Assembly (NCBI GenBank): GCA_963715985.1
Contig: CAVQSP010000017.1
Coordinates: forward strand, 160,001-224,000
Reading direction: 5' to 3'
Origin: an uncultured Thermoleophilia bacterium
GTDB lineage: Bacteria; Actinomycetota; Thermoleophilia; UBA2241
DNA: 64,000 nucleotides
The notes under the pieces were generated by a model. It saw nothing but the letters and a program-made list of their open reading frames with translations. It made no database searches and was not told the origin of the DNA. Made by a program: the position numbers and the translations under genes. Below are positions 30,687-41,001 of the stretch, in pieces (positions within the stretch are counted from its first letter, which is position 1; every line of letters starts with the position of its first letter).

Positions 30687-31274
30687 TCAGGCTTCCATGC
30701 CGGCGACGGCCTTGAGCCGGCGCGGGTAGCTGGTGTTGCGCCGTTCGGAGAGGCCCAGCTCAGCCACCGTGGTGACCACGCGCTCAGGCTGCGGCGACTC
30801 GATGGCAAGCGTCTTCATCCTTTGCCCGTCCGCGACCACCTCCGTCACCTCCACCATGCACTCGTTCATCGTGTAGTGACGGCGGAGCTTGTGGACCGCC
30901 ACCGCGCGCACTCCGCGCTCGGGGGCGGCGAGCAGCGCCAGGAACTCGTCGAGCCCGAAGGCGTCGGTCTCCGGCGGCGGACCGGTGACGCCCAGCGCAG
31001 CGCAGACCTTGACGGCCTCACCGTGGGGCAGCGGGAAGGTCTCCTTCATGGCCGGCCGCCACTGCTCGAGGCCGGCCTCACTGACCTGCTCGAGCAGTTT
31101 GATGTCCATCAGCCCGGCGCGGATCTTGACCGCGGCGTCCGCGCCCGGCGTAAGGAGGTAGGTCTCGTCGCTCTCCTGGACGAGCTCGGGCTCGAGGGCG
31201 GCGAAGACTGCGTCGGCCGCCCCGAACTCACTGCCGAAGGTGCGCCACTCCCAGCGTGGGACGATGACGTCCAC
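30687..31274 (-). CDS. CYTH-like hypothetical protein
   Basis: PRWEWRTF, E.YL, VKIR, DIK, V.K.R..Y, E.TEV, E..SY pattern typical of triphosphate-tunnel folds. Confidence 0.6.
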   Translation of the reverse strand: MDVIVPRWEWRTFGSEFGAADAVFAALEPELVQESDETYLLTPGADAAVKIRAGLMDIKLLEQVSEAGLEQWRPAMKETFPLPHGEAVKVCAALGVTGPPPETDAFGLDEFLALLAAPERGVRAVAVHKLRRHYTMNECMVEVTEVVADGQRMKTLAIESPQPERVVTTVAELGLSERRNTSYPRRLKAVAGMEA

Positions 31275-31275
31275 G

Positions 31276-32059
31276 TCAGTCGTCCCCCTTCTTCGCGGCA
31301 GCCTTGACGAAGTACTCGAGGGCGGTCTTGGTCTTGGTCTGCTGCTCGCCGTGGCGGTCGATGCCGCGCTCGATCAGGTAGCCGCGCACGTTGGAGAGCA
31401 CATCGGCGAGGTCGGGCGGGGCGCACTTGGTGGAGAGCTCGAGGATGCGGCTGCCGTCCGGGTAGAGCCACATCTCGATGACGAGCTTGTGGGCCAGCTC
31501 CTCCGGAGTGAACGGGAGCTTGAGCACGAAGATCGGCCCCAGGACAGAGAGGTCGTCCAGGGCGAGGCCTTTCGGGGCGTGGGCCTCGTAGAAGGCGCGC
31601 TGCTCCTTGCTGAAGACCCTGCGGATCGGGGCCTGCCCGAACATGACCAGCTTCGCCTTGTCCGGGTCGGACAGCGCCCTTGAACGAGCCGGAGCACACG
31701 TACCCGCCCGGCATGGCGTCCACCTCGATGCCGAACGTCTCGAGTGCGCGCAGGTTGGGCGGGATGTCGTCGGGCACCACGGGGCGCAGCTTCACCACCG
31801 AGTCGGCGCCCTTGCCCTGGATGCGGCGAGAGCGTATGACGACGCCGGCCTTGTTGAGGGCGAGGTCCGGCGTGTCGAAGAAGGTGACCAGCCGGACCTG
31901 AGCCTCGAGGGGATCGATGCGGAGAGCTTCGAGCGACGCCCGGTGGCTCTCAGCCGGGATGGTCAGTTTGAGCTCCACGCTCTTGGCACCCTTGAGGAGC
32001 CCCATCAGATCCGCGAACTGCTCCGCGTCGAGGCCGCCCAAGCCTGGTTTGTCGCTCAT
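31276..32059 (-). CDS. CYTH-like (adenylate-cyclase-annotated) protein (frameshift near 31670)
   Basis: VELKL, FFDTPDL.L...GV.IR.RR, VVKLRP, E.W.YPDG.RILELSTKC, QQTKT. Confidence 0.7.
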
Positions 32060-32170
32060 CGATCGGCTCCCTTCGGTCTGTGTGTCGAGGTCGTACCCAC
32101 ATACTCACCCGGACGCATCGTGTCACGCCGTTGACGCGGACACCGGAGGTGTCTGCCGGGCCGGCGGAAC

Positions 32171-32201
32171 GGCGCGGGGCGGCCTGAGGCCGCCCCGCGC
32201 C
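32171..32201. terminator. hairpin
   Basis: ggcgcggggcggcc-tga-ggccgccccgcgcc. Confidence 0.65.
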
Positions 32202-32253
32202 TGCCGTCTCGTTCAGGCGCGGCCGGTCGCGGACTCGCGCCGGCGGTCGTGGC

Positions 32254-32709
32254 TCAGCGGCCCCGTCGCCGCGAGCGCCGGTTCATGCCGGCCAGCGACA
32301 CCGGCGAAAGCGGCCGACCGAACGGGTCGATGAACACGGAGACGAGTTCGCCCTTGGGCGGCAGCGTGCCTTCCAGCATCTCTACCGTGTACGTGAGCGA
32401 GTCGCCCTCGATCTGCGGGTCCTTGAGCACGACGATGGCGTCCTCGGGGGTCTCGTCGCCCTTCTCCACGAAGGAGATCACGGCGTTCGGCGGGTCTACG
32501 GCGAAGCTGTTCTCGCCGAGGCCCCACTCCTCCACGAACTTCTTCGTGGTGAGGTGGCCGACCACACGCTGCGGGCGGTCGGAGAAATAGAGGGTGGCGG
32601 GCGAGAGGCCGTGGAACGTCACTTTGTCGCCGTCGGTGGTGAGCTCGCGCGCGGTCTGCGCGAACAGGGCCTCGATGTCTTCGAGGGTCTTCTCGATGTC
32701 GTCGGTCAT
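32254..32709 (-). CDS. hypothetical protein with FSDRP motif and Arg-rich C-terminal tail
   Basis: LF.Q.A, TLYFSDRP.R.VG, SF..DPPNA, FID; tail GRPLSPVSLAGMNRRSRRR; AAGGAG RBS. Confidence 0.78.
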   Translation of the reverse strand: MTDDIEKTLEDIEALFAQTARELTTDGDKVTFHGLSPATLYFSDRPQRVVGHLTTKKFVEEWGLGENSFAVDPPNAVISFVEKGDETPEDAIVVLKDPQIEGDSLTYTVEMLEGTLPPKGELVSVFIDPFGRPLSPVSLAGMNRRSRRRGR

Positions 32710-32786
32710 GGTGCTCCTTCTGCCTGCTTGGCGTGAGTAGGTCGTGGTCGTCGGCAGCACGCGATACGTATCAGCGGGCCGCACGA

Positions 32787-32802
32787 GTTACCAGCGGGTC
32801 AT
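32787..32802. promoter_or_regulatory. palindromic operator GTTACC-AGCG-GGTCAT (copy 4)
   Basis: 77 nt upstream of the 32709 start, in the divergent region before the P-type ATPase. Confidence 0.55.
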
Positions 32803-33015
32803 GTCCCTATTGTGCTCCGTGCGCGGTCGTTGTGAAACTCAGGGCACGGACGCAGTGCGGCCGGCGGCGAGGGAGCGGGAGGGACAATTGACGTGCACCG
32901 TCGACGAGGGCCTCAGCGAGAGCGCCAAATCAGGTAACGTTGGCGCAGATGCTCCACCTGAGAGGTCCACGGAGACATGCCGCCCCAGAGGACGGCGACG
33001 GCGAGGGGAGAAGCG

Positions 33016-35778
33016 ATGGCAACGACAGGCCAGGGTCCGGCGGACACGGGAGGAGACGGCGCGCGCTGGTGGGCGCTCTCGAGCGATGATGCCGCCGCCA
33101 AGCTCGGCGTCGACCCCGCCGCCGGCCTCACGGCGGCGAAGGCCGCCGAGCTGCTCAAGCAGAACGGGCCCAACGCCCTTCCCGAAGAGAAGGGCGCGCC
33201 GGGCTGGAAGCGCTTCCTCGACCAGTACCGCGCCTACATGCAGATCATCCTGCTCATCGCGGCCGTCGTTTCGTTCGCCATCGGCCAGTGGAGCACCGGT
33301 GCGGTGCTGGTGGGCCTCACGGTGTTCAACGCCGTCGTCGGCCTCCGTCAGGAGGGCAAGGCCGAGAGCGCCATGAACGCGCTCAAGTCACTGATGAAGC
33401 TGACGGCGCGCGTGCGGCGCGACGGGGCAGAGGCGGAGATCCCGGCCGAGGAGGTCGTGGTCGGCGACGTCGTGCTGATCAGCGCCGGCGACAGCGTGCC
33501 GGCCGACGGCCGGATCATCCAGGCGAGCTCGCTCGACATCGACGAGTCCGCGCTCACCGGGGAGAGCGTGCCGGCGTCGAAGGAGACGGACCCGCTCGCC
33601 GACACCGATCTCGGCCCCGGCGACCGTCACAACATGGCGTTCATGAACACGCCGGTCACGCACGGCAGCGGCATGATGCTGGTGACGGCGACGGGCGCCG
33701 ACGCGGAAGTCGGCAAGATCGCCGGCATGCTGGCGGCGACCACCAAGGAGCAGACGCCGCTCACCAAGCAGCTGAACACGATGACGCTGTGGATCGGCGC
33801 CGCCGCGCTGGGGACGATGATCGTCATGTTCGCGCTCGGCCTCTCCCGGGGCCAGTCGGCCGACAGCCTGTTCATCACGGCCATCGCTCTGGCGATCGCG
33901 GCCATCCCGACGGCGCTGCCCACCGTCCTCCAGGTGATCCTCTCCGCCGGCGCCAAGGAGCTCGCCGCGCAGAAGGCCATCGTCAAGGACCTCGTGTCGG
34001 TGGAGACGCTCGGGTCCACGTCGGCCATCAACTCCGACAAGACCGGCACGCTGACGATGAACCAGATGACGGCCGTCGAGCTCGTCGACGCCGTCGACCG
34101 CTACACGATCTCCGGGATCGGCTACGGCCTCGAGGGCAAGATCCAGCACGCGGCCGGCACCACCGCGTCCATGGACGAGGCGGTGCTCCCGTACGTCATC
34201 GCCAGCGACGCCAAGCTCGAAGACGGCAAGGTCGTCGGCGACCCGACCGAGGGCGCCCTGCTCGTCCTCGGGCACAAGGCAGGCCTGGACATCGACGCCA
34301 GCCGGGAGAGGTTCCCACGTCTGGCCACGCTGCCGTTCGACCCTACGTACAAGCTCATGGCGACCTTCAACTCCGCCACCGACTCGTCGGGCAAGGACGT
34401 GGTCCGTTGCTTCGTCAAGGGAGCGGCGCCCGCTGTGATGAGCCACACCACGAGCGCTCTCGCCGGCGGCGCCATCATGCCTCTGGACGACGAGCTCAAG
34501 AAGAAGGGGGAGGCCGCCATCACCCGCATGGAGGGCGAGGGGCACCGTGTGATGGCGGCCGCCATCCGCGACCTCGACCCGGCGGCGTTCGACGCCGAAG
34601 GCGATCTGCTGAGCTACGTCACCGAGCTCCAGCTGACGTCCATCGTCGCCATGGTCGACCCGCCCCGCGAGGAGTCCAAGGCGGCCGTGCGCGACGCCCA
34701 GCGCGCCCACATCACGGTGCGCATGGTCACCGGCGACGACGTCACGACGGGGGCGGCCATCGCCAAGCAGCTCGGCATCCCCGGCGAGGCGATGCTGGGG
34801 ACCGAGTTCGCCGCGCTGAGCGCGGAGGAGCGACTGGCCCGCATCGACGACATCGGCGTGGTCGGCCGCGTGGCTCCCGAGCACAAGGTGCTCCTCGTCG
34901 AGACGCTGAGGAAGAAGGGCCACGTGGTCGCCATGACCGGGGACGGCGTCAACGATGCCCCGGCCATCAAGGCGGCGGACATCGGCATCGCCATGGGCAC
35001 CGGCACCGAGGTGGCCAAGAACGCCGGCCGCATGATCCTCTCGGACGACAACTTCGCCACCATCGTGCGCGCGGTCGAGAAGGGCCGCGCAGTCTACGAC
35101 AACCTCAACAAGTTCATCCGCTTCGTGATGCTCGAGCTCGCGGCCTACATCATGACCTTCCTCGGGGCCAGCATCCTCAACATCGCCGCCGGGCAGCCGT
35201 TCTCCGCCTCCCAGATCCTCTACATCAACTTCCTCGTCAACGCACCACTCGGCATCGCCCTGGGCATGGACAAGGAGGCGCCGGGGCTCATGGAGCAGGT
35301 GCCGCGGTCGCGCGACGCGTCGATCATGACCAAGGGCCTGCTGGTCACCGCCGGCCTCGTCGGCCTGTTCATGGCCGTGTGCACGCTCTGGCTGATCAGC
35401 TACGGCACGGCCCACTACGGCAAGGTCGAGATCGGCTCCTCGATGGGCCTGACTGCGTTCTCGCTGCTCATCGTGGCCTCCGCCTTCCAGGCGCGCAGCG
35501 TGACCGGCACGGCGCTGACGACCGCGACGTTCGACAACCGGCACCTGAACTGGACGGTGCTCGCGGAGCTCGTGCTCGCCGTGCTCATCACGCAGATGGA
35601 CGTGCTGCGGCGGATCTTCGGGACCGTGGAGCTGACGGCCACGCAGTGGGCGCTGGCGGCGGTGCCCGCCGTGGCGCTCTTCTTCCTCTGGGAGCTCGGC
35701 AAGCGGATCGCGGGCGGCGGGGCCGGCCACTCGCAAGAGGCCGTGGCGGCGAAGGCACCCGAGAAGGCCGCCGCGTAA
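33016..35778 (+). CDS. P-type II-like cation-translocating ATPase with atypical ion-binding residues
   Basis: TGES, DKTGTLT, DPTEGA, KGA, DPPR, MVTGD, MTGDGVNDAPA; M4 reads IPTALP. Confidence 0.93.
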   Translation: MATTGQGPADTGGDGARWWALSSDDAAAKLGVDPAAGLTAAKAAELLKQNGPNALPEEKGAPGWKRFLDQYRAYMQIILLIAAVVSFAIGQWSTGAVLVGLTVFNAVVGLRQEGKAESAMNALKSLMKLTARVRRDGAEAEIPAEEVVVGDVVLISAGDSVPADGRIIQASSLDIDESALTGESVPASKETDPLADTDLGPGDRHNMAFMNTPVTHGSGMMLVTATGADAEVGKIAGMLAATTKEQTPLTKQLNTMTLWIGAAALGTMIVMFALGLSRGQSADSLFITAIALAIAAIPTALPTVLQVILSAGAKELAAQKAIVKDLVSVETLGSTSAINSDKTGTLTMNQMTAVELVDAVDRYTISGIGYGLEGKIQHAAGTTASMDEAVLPYVIASDAKLEDGKVVGDPTEGALLVLGHKAGLDIDASRERFPRLATLPFDPTYKLMATFNSATDSSGKDVVRCFVKGAAPAVMSHTTSALAGGAIMPLDDELKKKGEAAITRMEGEGHRVMAAAIRDLDPAAFDAEGDLLSYVTELQLTSIVAMVDPPREESKAAVRDAQRAHITVRMVTGDDVTTGAAIAKQLGIPGEAMLGTEFAALSAEERLARIDDIGVVGRVAPEHKVLLVETLRKKGHVVAMTGDGVNDAPAIKAADIGIAMGTGTEVAKNAGRMILSDDNFATIVRAVEKGRAVYDNLNKFIRFVMLELAAYIMTFLGASILNIAAGQPFSASQILYINFLVNAPLGIALGMDKEAPGLMEQVPRSRDASIMTKGLLVTAGLVGLFMAVCTLWLISYGTAHYGKVEIGSSMGLTAFSLLIVASAFQARSVTGTALTTATFDNRHLNWTVLAELVLAVLITQMDVLRRIFGTVELTATQWALAAVPAVALFFLWELGKRIAGGGAGHSQEAVAAKAPEKAAA

Positions 35779-35794
35779 GTGCTGAACGAGACGA

Positions 35795-35827
35795 GGGGCG
35801 GGGTGGCGCTGCGCGCCACCCCGCCCC
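35795..35827. terminator. hairpin between convergent genes
   Basis: ggggcggggtggcgc-tgc-gcgccaccccgcccc. Confidence 0.7.
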
Positions 35828-35857
35828 CGTGCCGTGCGGAGGCTCTCTCCGTCCGGC

Positions 35858-38209
35858 CTACTGGCGCGCCATGTGCATGCGCAGCTCGGCCTCGGGGTCG
35901 TGGATCAGCTCGCCGCTCACGTCGACGGTCACCTCGTGGAGCGTGCCGGTGAACTTGAACGGACTGGGGTAGTCCGGCGTGACCGGGGAGCCTGGGTTGG
36001 CGCCGCAGGTGAGGGCGCCGGGGTTGAGCATGAAGGGCGTCGTCGTCGGAGCTTCGGCGTTGGCGACCAGGGCGCCGTCGACGTAGAGCTGCAGCAGTCC
36101 CGGTGCGCCTTTGCCGTGGGGCAGGTCCGGCTGTCCGGTCGGCTCGAACTCGAAGCGCAGGTCGTGCTTGCCGGCCGGCAGAGCTTCGTCCGAAGCCACC
36201 GAGTAGAGGGCGCGGCCCACCCAGTTGTGCACGTAGGTGAGCTTGCCGTCCTTCACGTAGAGCGAGTAGCCGCCCGCGGCGCAGCCCTGGCAGAGCAGCA
36301 CGCCTTCGGCGCCCTCCTCTGGGATCTCGACGTTCGCGGTGATGCTGTGCGGGCGGTTCATCAGCCGCGGTGCCGCGAAGAACGGCACCGACTGCGTCCC
36401 GGGCCGGTAGGTGTAGCTCTCCCGGGGTACGGCCACCAGGGGTTTCTCGCCCATCACGCGCGCGAGGCCGCTGCCGTCGACCGGCATGACCTCGTACTTG
36501 CCGGCCTCCACGTACCAGGTCGCGATGAGCGCGATGAGCTTGTCGCGGTTCTCCTCCGCCACGTTGTGGTTCTCGGCGAAGTCCTCGTCGGTGTGGTAGA
36601 GCTCCCAGCCCTTGGCGTCGAGCTCCGAGAGCTTCTCCGCCGAGATCGGCTGTCCGAAGCCGACGCCGGCCTCGGCGAACGACGGGCCCGGCCAGGGGCA
36701 GACCGCCCGCCAGCCGTCGTGGTAGATGGCGCGGTGGCCGAGCATCTCGAAGTACTGGGTATGGTGCTTACTGTCGGCGGCGCCGTCGTCCAGCGCGTGC
36801 GCGAAGCTGACGCCCTGGAGCGGCGACTGCGTGACTCCCTTGATGGTCGCCGGCGGCTCCAGGTCGAGCAGGTCGAGGACGGTCGGCACCATGTCGATGA
36901 TGTGCGCGTACTGGTTCCGCACCTCGCCGCTGGCCTTGATCCCCGCGGGCCAGGAGACGATGAACGGGTCGCAGGCGCCGCCGCGGTAGGTCTCGCGCTT
37001 CCAGCGCCGGAACGGCGTGTTGCCGGCATTGGTCCAGCCCCAGGGGTAGTGGTTGAAGTGCCTGGGGCCGCCGATCTCGTCGATGACCGCGAGGCTCTCC
37101 TCGAGCGGCTCCTGGGCGTTGTTGAAGAACTGTGCCTCGTTGGTCGTCCCGGTGGGGCCGCCCTCGGCGCTGGCGCCGTTGTCGGAGATCACCATGACGA
37201 TGGTGTTCTCGAGCAGGCCCTGGGCGCGCAGGTAGTCGAGCAGGCGTCCGAGGTGGTGGTCGGTGTGGCTGAGGAAGCCGGCGAAGACCTCCATCATGCG
37301 GCTGTAGAGCTTGCGCGCCTCAGCGGGCAGCGAGTCCCAGTCGGGGACGTCGGGGTCGTGGCGCGAGAGCTCGGCGTCCGCCGGCACGATGCCCAGTTCC
37401 TTCTGGCGCGCGAAGGTCCTCTCGCGGTAGGCGTCCCAGCCGTCGTCGAACTGGCCCGCGTACTTGTCGGCCCACTCCTTGGGGGCGTGGTGTGGCGCGT
37501 GTGTGGCCCCGAAGCAGAGGTGCAGGTAGAAGGGCTTGTCGGGGTCGATCTGCCTCGCGTCGGCGATGAACTCGATCGACTTGTCGATGAGGTCGGGGGT
37601 GAGGTGGTAGCCCTCCTCGGGGGTCGCCGGCGGCTCCACCTGGTGGTTGTCGTAGACAAGGTCGGGATACCACTGGCTCGTGTCGCCGCCGAGGAAGCCG
37701 TAGAAGCGCTCGAAGCCGCGGGCCAAAGGCCAGCGGTCGTAGGGACCGGCCGCGGTCTCCTGGTTGCTCGGCGTGAGGTGCCACTTGCCGACCATGTAGG
37801 TGTTGTAGCCCTGCTCCAGCAGCATCTCCGAGAGCATGCCGTTCTCGAGCGGGATGATGCCGTTGTACCCGGGGTAGCCGGTGGCGAACTCGGTGATGCA
37901 GGCCATGCCGTTGCTGTGGTGATTGCGCCCGGTGACGATACAGGAGCGGCTCGGCGAGCAGAGCGCCGTGGTGTGCATGTTGTTGAAGCGCAGGCCCTGG
38001 GCGGCGAGCGCGTCGAAGTTCGGCGTCTCGATCGGGCTGCCGTAGCAGCCCAGGTTGCCGAAGCCGGTGTCGTCAAGGACGACGAAGAGCACGTTGGGGG
38101 TGCCCTTCTTGGCGCGGATCGGCGCCGGCCAGGCCTCGCTCGATTCGTCGGTGGTGCGGCCGATCACCCCCGGGAACGCTGCGCCTTCGGGATACTCTAC
38201 TAACGCCAT
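35858..38209 (-). CDS. Cys-type arylsulfatase (cytoplasmic, ~780 aa)
   Basis: PNVLFVVLDD.G, LCSPSR..TGR, GKWH, THAPH, SDNG. Confidence 0.93.
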   Translation of the reverse strand: MALVEYPEGAAFPGVIGRTTDESSEAWPAPIRAKKGTPNVLFVVLDDTGFGNLGCYGSPIETPNFDALAAQGLRFNNMHTTALCSPSRSCIVTGRNHHSNGMACITEFATGYPGYNGIIPLENGMLSEMLLEQGYNTYMVGKWHLTPSNQETAAGPYDRWPLARGFERFYGFLGGDTSQWYPDLVYDNHQVEPPATPEEGYHLTPDLIDKSIEFIADARQIDPDKPFYLHLCFGATHAPHHAPKEWADKYAGQFDDGWDAYRERTFARQKELGIVPADAELSRHDPDVPDWDSLPAEARKLYSRMMEVFAGFLSHTDHHLGRLLDYLRAQGLLENTIVMVISDNGASAEGGPTGTTNEAQFFNNAQEPLEESLAVIDEIGGPRHFNHYPWGWTNAGNTPFRRWKRETYRGGACDPFIVSWPAGIKASGEVRNQYAHIIDMVPTVLDLLDLEPPATIKGVTQSPLQGVSFAHALDDGAADSKHHTQYFEMLGHRAIYHDGWRAVCPWPGPSFAEAGVGFGQPISAEKLSELDAKGWELYHTDEDFAENHNVAEENRDKLIALIATWYVEAGKYEVMPVDGSGLARVMGEKPLVAVPRESYTYRPGTQSVPFFAAPRLMNRPHSITANVEIPEEGAEGVLLCQGCAAGGYSLYVKDGKLTYVHNWVGRALYSVASDEALPAGKHDLRFEFEPTGQPDLPHGKGAPGLLQLYVDGALVANAEAPTTTPFMLNPGALTCGANPGSPVTPDYPSPFKFTGTLHEVTVDVSGELIHDPEAELRMHMARQ

Positions 38210-38289
38210 CGTGACCTCCGCAGTCGTTGGGATCTGGGCTCACGGACCGAGCGCTGCGCTGCCGTCGCGCCTGCGCGTCCTTCTGCACC

Positions 38290-38305
38290 GTGACCGGATG
38301 GTAAC
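38290..38305. promoter_or_regulatory. palindromic operator GTGACC-GGAT-GGTAAC (copy 5)
   Basis: 80 nt upstream of the sulfatase start; a different palindrome TGTCAG-GAGT-CTGACA is adjacent at 38310-38325. Confidence 0.6.
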
Positions 38306-38412
38306 GCATTGTCAGGAGTCTGACACGCGCGGGATCTCGGGGGCCGCTTCGGCGCACCGGGGCCGTCGCACTTGTCCGCACGCGAATCGGTTAGGGTTGC
38401 GCCTACGGACTG

Positions 38413-39078
38413 ATGACGCTTGACAGAACCGGGGCCGGAATGACGAGCGACCAGCAAGGACATCGCGGGCGCGAGGCCACCGTTGCGGCCATCATGGATG
38501 CGGCGGAAGGACTGTTCTCGGCGCAGGGCTTCACCGCCGTCACCGTCCGCGCCATCGCGGTGCGTGCCGGCGTCTCTCATGCCCTCGTGCACCGCTACCT
38601 CGGCAGCAAGTCGGAGATCTATCGCGCAGTCTTGAAGCGTGACGAGGAAGCGATCCTGCAGGCTGCGGCCGACGATGACGACCTCCTCACAAGCGCGAGT
38701 CTGATGTTCCGTGCAGCCGTCACGGTGCAGCGCCGGTACGTCCGTCTCATCGCGCATTCCGCACTGCACGGCCTTTCGTACGACCGCACCTCCGGCAGGT
38801 TTGCGGCGACCGAGCGGCTCATCGAGCTTGCGGAGCGCGCGGTCGCGTCGGCGTCGCCGAAGGAGCGTGCAGAGAAAGACCTCGATCCCCGCCTCGTCAT
38901 CGCCGCAGTCGTGGCGCTCCTCCTCGGGTGGACGGCGACCGAGTCCTGGGTGCGCCCTGCGGCAGGCATCCAGGACATGGACGAGGCCGAGGTCGAGCAA
39001 GGACTCGAGCGCGTGGTTCGCGGCATCCTCAGCGGCAACGTGCCGGGTCTCGGCGGCGAACGCTCCCCGGCGGGCTGA
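38413..39078 (+). CDS. TetR-family regulator
   Basis: IMDAAEGLF..QGF..VTVRAIA.RAGVSHALVHRYLGSK; alternative start at 38440. Confidence 0.87.
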   Translation: MTLDRTGAGMTSDQQGHRGREATVAAIMDAAEGLFSAQGFTAVTVRAIAVRAGVSHALVHRYLGSKSEIYRAVLKRDEEAILQAAADDDDLLTSASLMFRAAVTVQRRYVRLIAHSALHGLSYDRTSGRFAATERLIELAERAVASASPKERAEKDLDPRLVIAAVVALLLGWTATESWVRPAAGIQDMDEAEVEQGLERVVRGILSGNVPGLGGERSPAG

Positions 39079-39146
39079 CCCCAGCCGCTACTTCCCGCGC
39101 GTGCGCAGCGTGCCTGCGGAGGCTCGACGCGCCGACGCCTCGACTC

Positions 39147-39887
39147 TCACCGCTGTCCACCGCGCGTACGCAGCGGGCCGATGCGCCCCTGCGCCGCAGC
39201 GGCTCCGCTCTCGCCCCCGCCGGCACCCCTGAGGACGTAGGCGAAGCCGACGGCGATCAGCGCCCCCGCGATCGGCCCCACCACGTAGGGCCAGTAGTGG
39301 GAGAAGTCGAGCAGCGCCATGTCGGGGCCGAAGGAGCGCGCCGGGTTCATCGAGGCGCCGCTGATGGGGCTCGACCAGAGCCCGGCGAGGATGATGTAGC
39401 CGCCCACCCCGAGGGCCCCGAAGACGCCCACGTTCTGGGCCCCGGAGGCGGTGCCGAGGATCGTGCTCACGAGGCCGACCGTGAGTATCAGTTCCATGAG
39501 CATCGCCTGCATGTTGCTGATGCCCGGGCCGGGCTCGGTGGCGCCGAGCATGCCGATCTTGCCCAGCACCGCCCATAGAAAGAGGCAGGCCAAGGTGGCG
39601 CCCAAGAGCTGGACGATGACGTAGCCGGGCACGCGCCGCCAGGGGAAGTCGCCGCGCGCGGCGAACGCGATGCTCACCGCGGGGTTGAGGTGCGCGCCCG
39701 AGACGGCGCCCATGAAGAGGATGATGGCCATCACCATGAGGCCCGGCGCGGTGACTGCGGCGGCGCGGCTGATGGCGCCGTCGGACTGCGCGTTCACAAC
39801 GGCTCCCCCGGCCCCGACGAGCACGAGGAAGAGCGTATCCAGCTCGTTGAGGAGCCGCCTCGGCTCACACGTGCCGGTGTCGCAGCC
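39147..39887 (-). pseudogene. aquaporin (MIP) copy 1, N-terminus garbled with no proper start
   Basis: SGAHLNPAVS and GASMNPARSFGP; upstream reads EPRRLLNELDTLFLV vs EWRRLFCELLGTFFLV in copy 2. Confidence 0.7.
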
Positions 39888-39949
39888 TCACGCCTCGGCC
39901 ATCTCCTTGTCCAGCCCCTTGGCGTGGGCCTTCAGCTCCGTTGCGACCC

Positions 39950-40869
39950 TCACACAAGCTTCTTGTCGGAGTCTGCGATGGCCGTAGGCTCCGCTTCGCC
40001 GTGGTCGATCTCGTACGCGAGCTTCTTGGTCTTCTCGAGGTCGCCGGGTCCCAGGACGCCGGATCCGGCGGCGCGACCGATGAGGCCGCCGCCGCGCCCG
40101 CGGAGGACGTAGGCGCAGCCGACGGCGATCAGGGCACCGGCGATCGGACCGACGACGTAGACCCAGTAGCTGCGAGACGTCCAGCACCGCCATGTCCGGA
40201 CCGAACGAGCGCGCGGGGTTCATCGAGGCGCCGCTGACGGGGCCGCCCAAAGGCCGGCGAGCGCGATGTACCCGCCGACACCGATCGCCGCCGATGGCGC
40301 CGACGTTCTGTGCCGCCGGACGCCGTGCCGAGGATCACGCTCACCAGCCCGAAGGTGAGGACGACCTCCATGAGGAGCGCCTGCCTGTTCACGTAACCGG
40401 GGCCGGGAAGCGGTCGCGCCGAGCATGCCGACGTTGCCGAAGCACGGCGTAGAGGAAGAGGCAGGACGAGCGTGGCTCCGAGGAGCTGAAGGATGATGTA
40501 GCCGGGGACCCGCTCCATGGGAAGTCACCGCGCAGCGGCGAAGGCGAGCGAGACAGCGGGGTTGAGGTGAGCGCCCGAGACGGCGCCCATGAAGAGGATG
40601 ATCGCCATGACCATGAGGCCCGGCGCCGTGACCGCGGCGGCGCGGCTGATAGCGCCGTCGGACTGCGCGTTCACAACGGCCCCCCCGGCCCCCACGAGCA
40701 CGAGGAAGAAGGTGCCCAGGAGCTCGCAGAAGAGCCGCCGCCACTCGTGTCTGGGATCGTCGAAGTCGCCCGCCGCGCCGAACTCGAGCTCAAGCAGACG
40801 GTGCCGCCGGCGCTCCAGCGCAGGCGGGACATCCACGTCAGCGCCGGGCCTGGTCTCCTGCTCTTCCAT
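39950..40869 (-). pseudogene. aquaporin (MIP) copy 2, multiple frameshifts
   Basis: GGAGG RBS, ATG 40869; HLNPAVS and SMNPARS motifs spread over several frames. Confidence 0.72.
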
Positions 40870-40932
40870 GGCCCCGCCTCCTGTCCATCGGCCTCGCCGC
40901 CGTGATCAGCGCGTACAAGGCCTCCCCTTCAA

Positions 40933-40974
40933 CGCGGAGGCCCGCGGGTCCTTTCGGACGCGCGGGCCTCTGCG
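40933..40974. terminator. hairpin after the DUF1269 gene
   Basis: cgcggaggcccgcg...cgcgggcctctgcg. Confidence 0.5.
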
Positions 40975-41001
40975 ACCGCTGACTCGTGGCGCCGTAGCGC
41001 C

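Noticed and set aside
39147-40869. aquaporins as GlpF partners of glpK
   Set aside because: They are 34 kb away, have short AqpZ/NIP-like loops and NPARS rather than NPARD.
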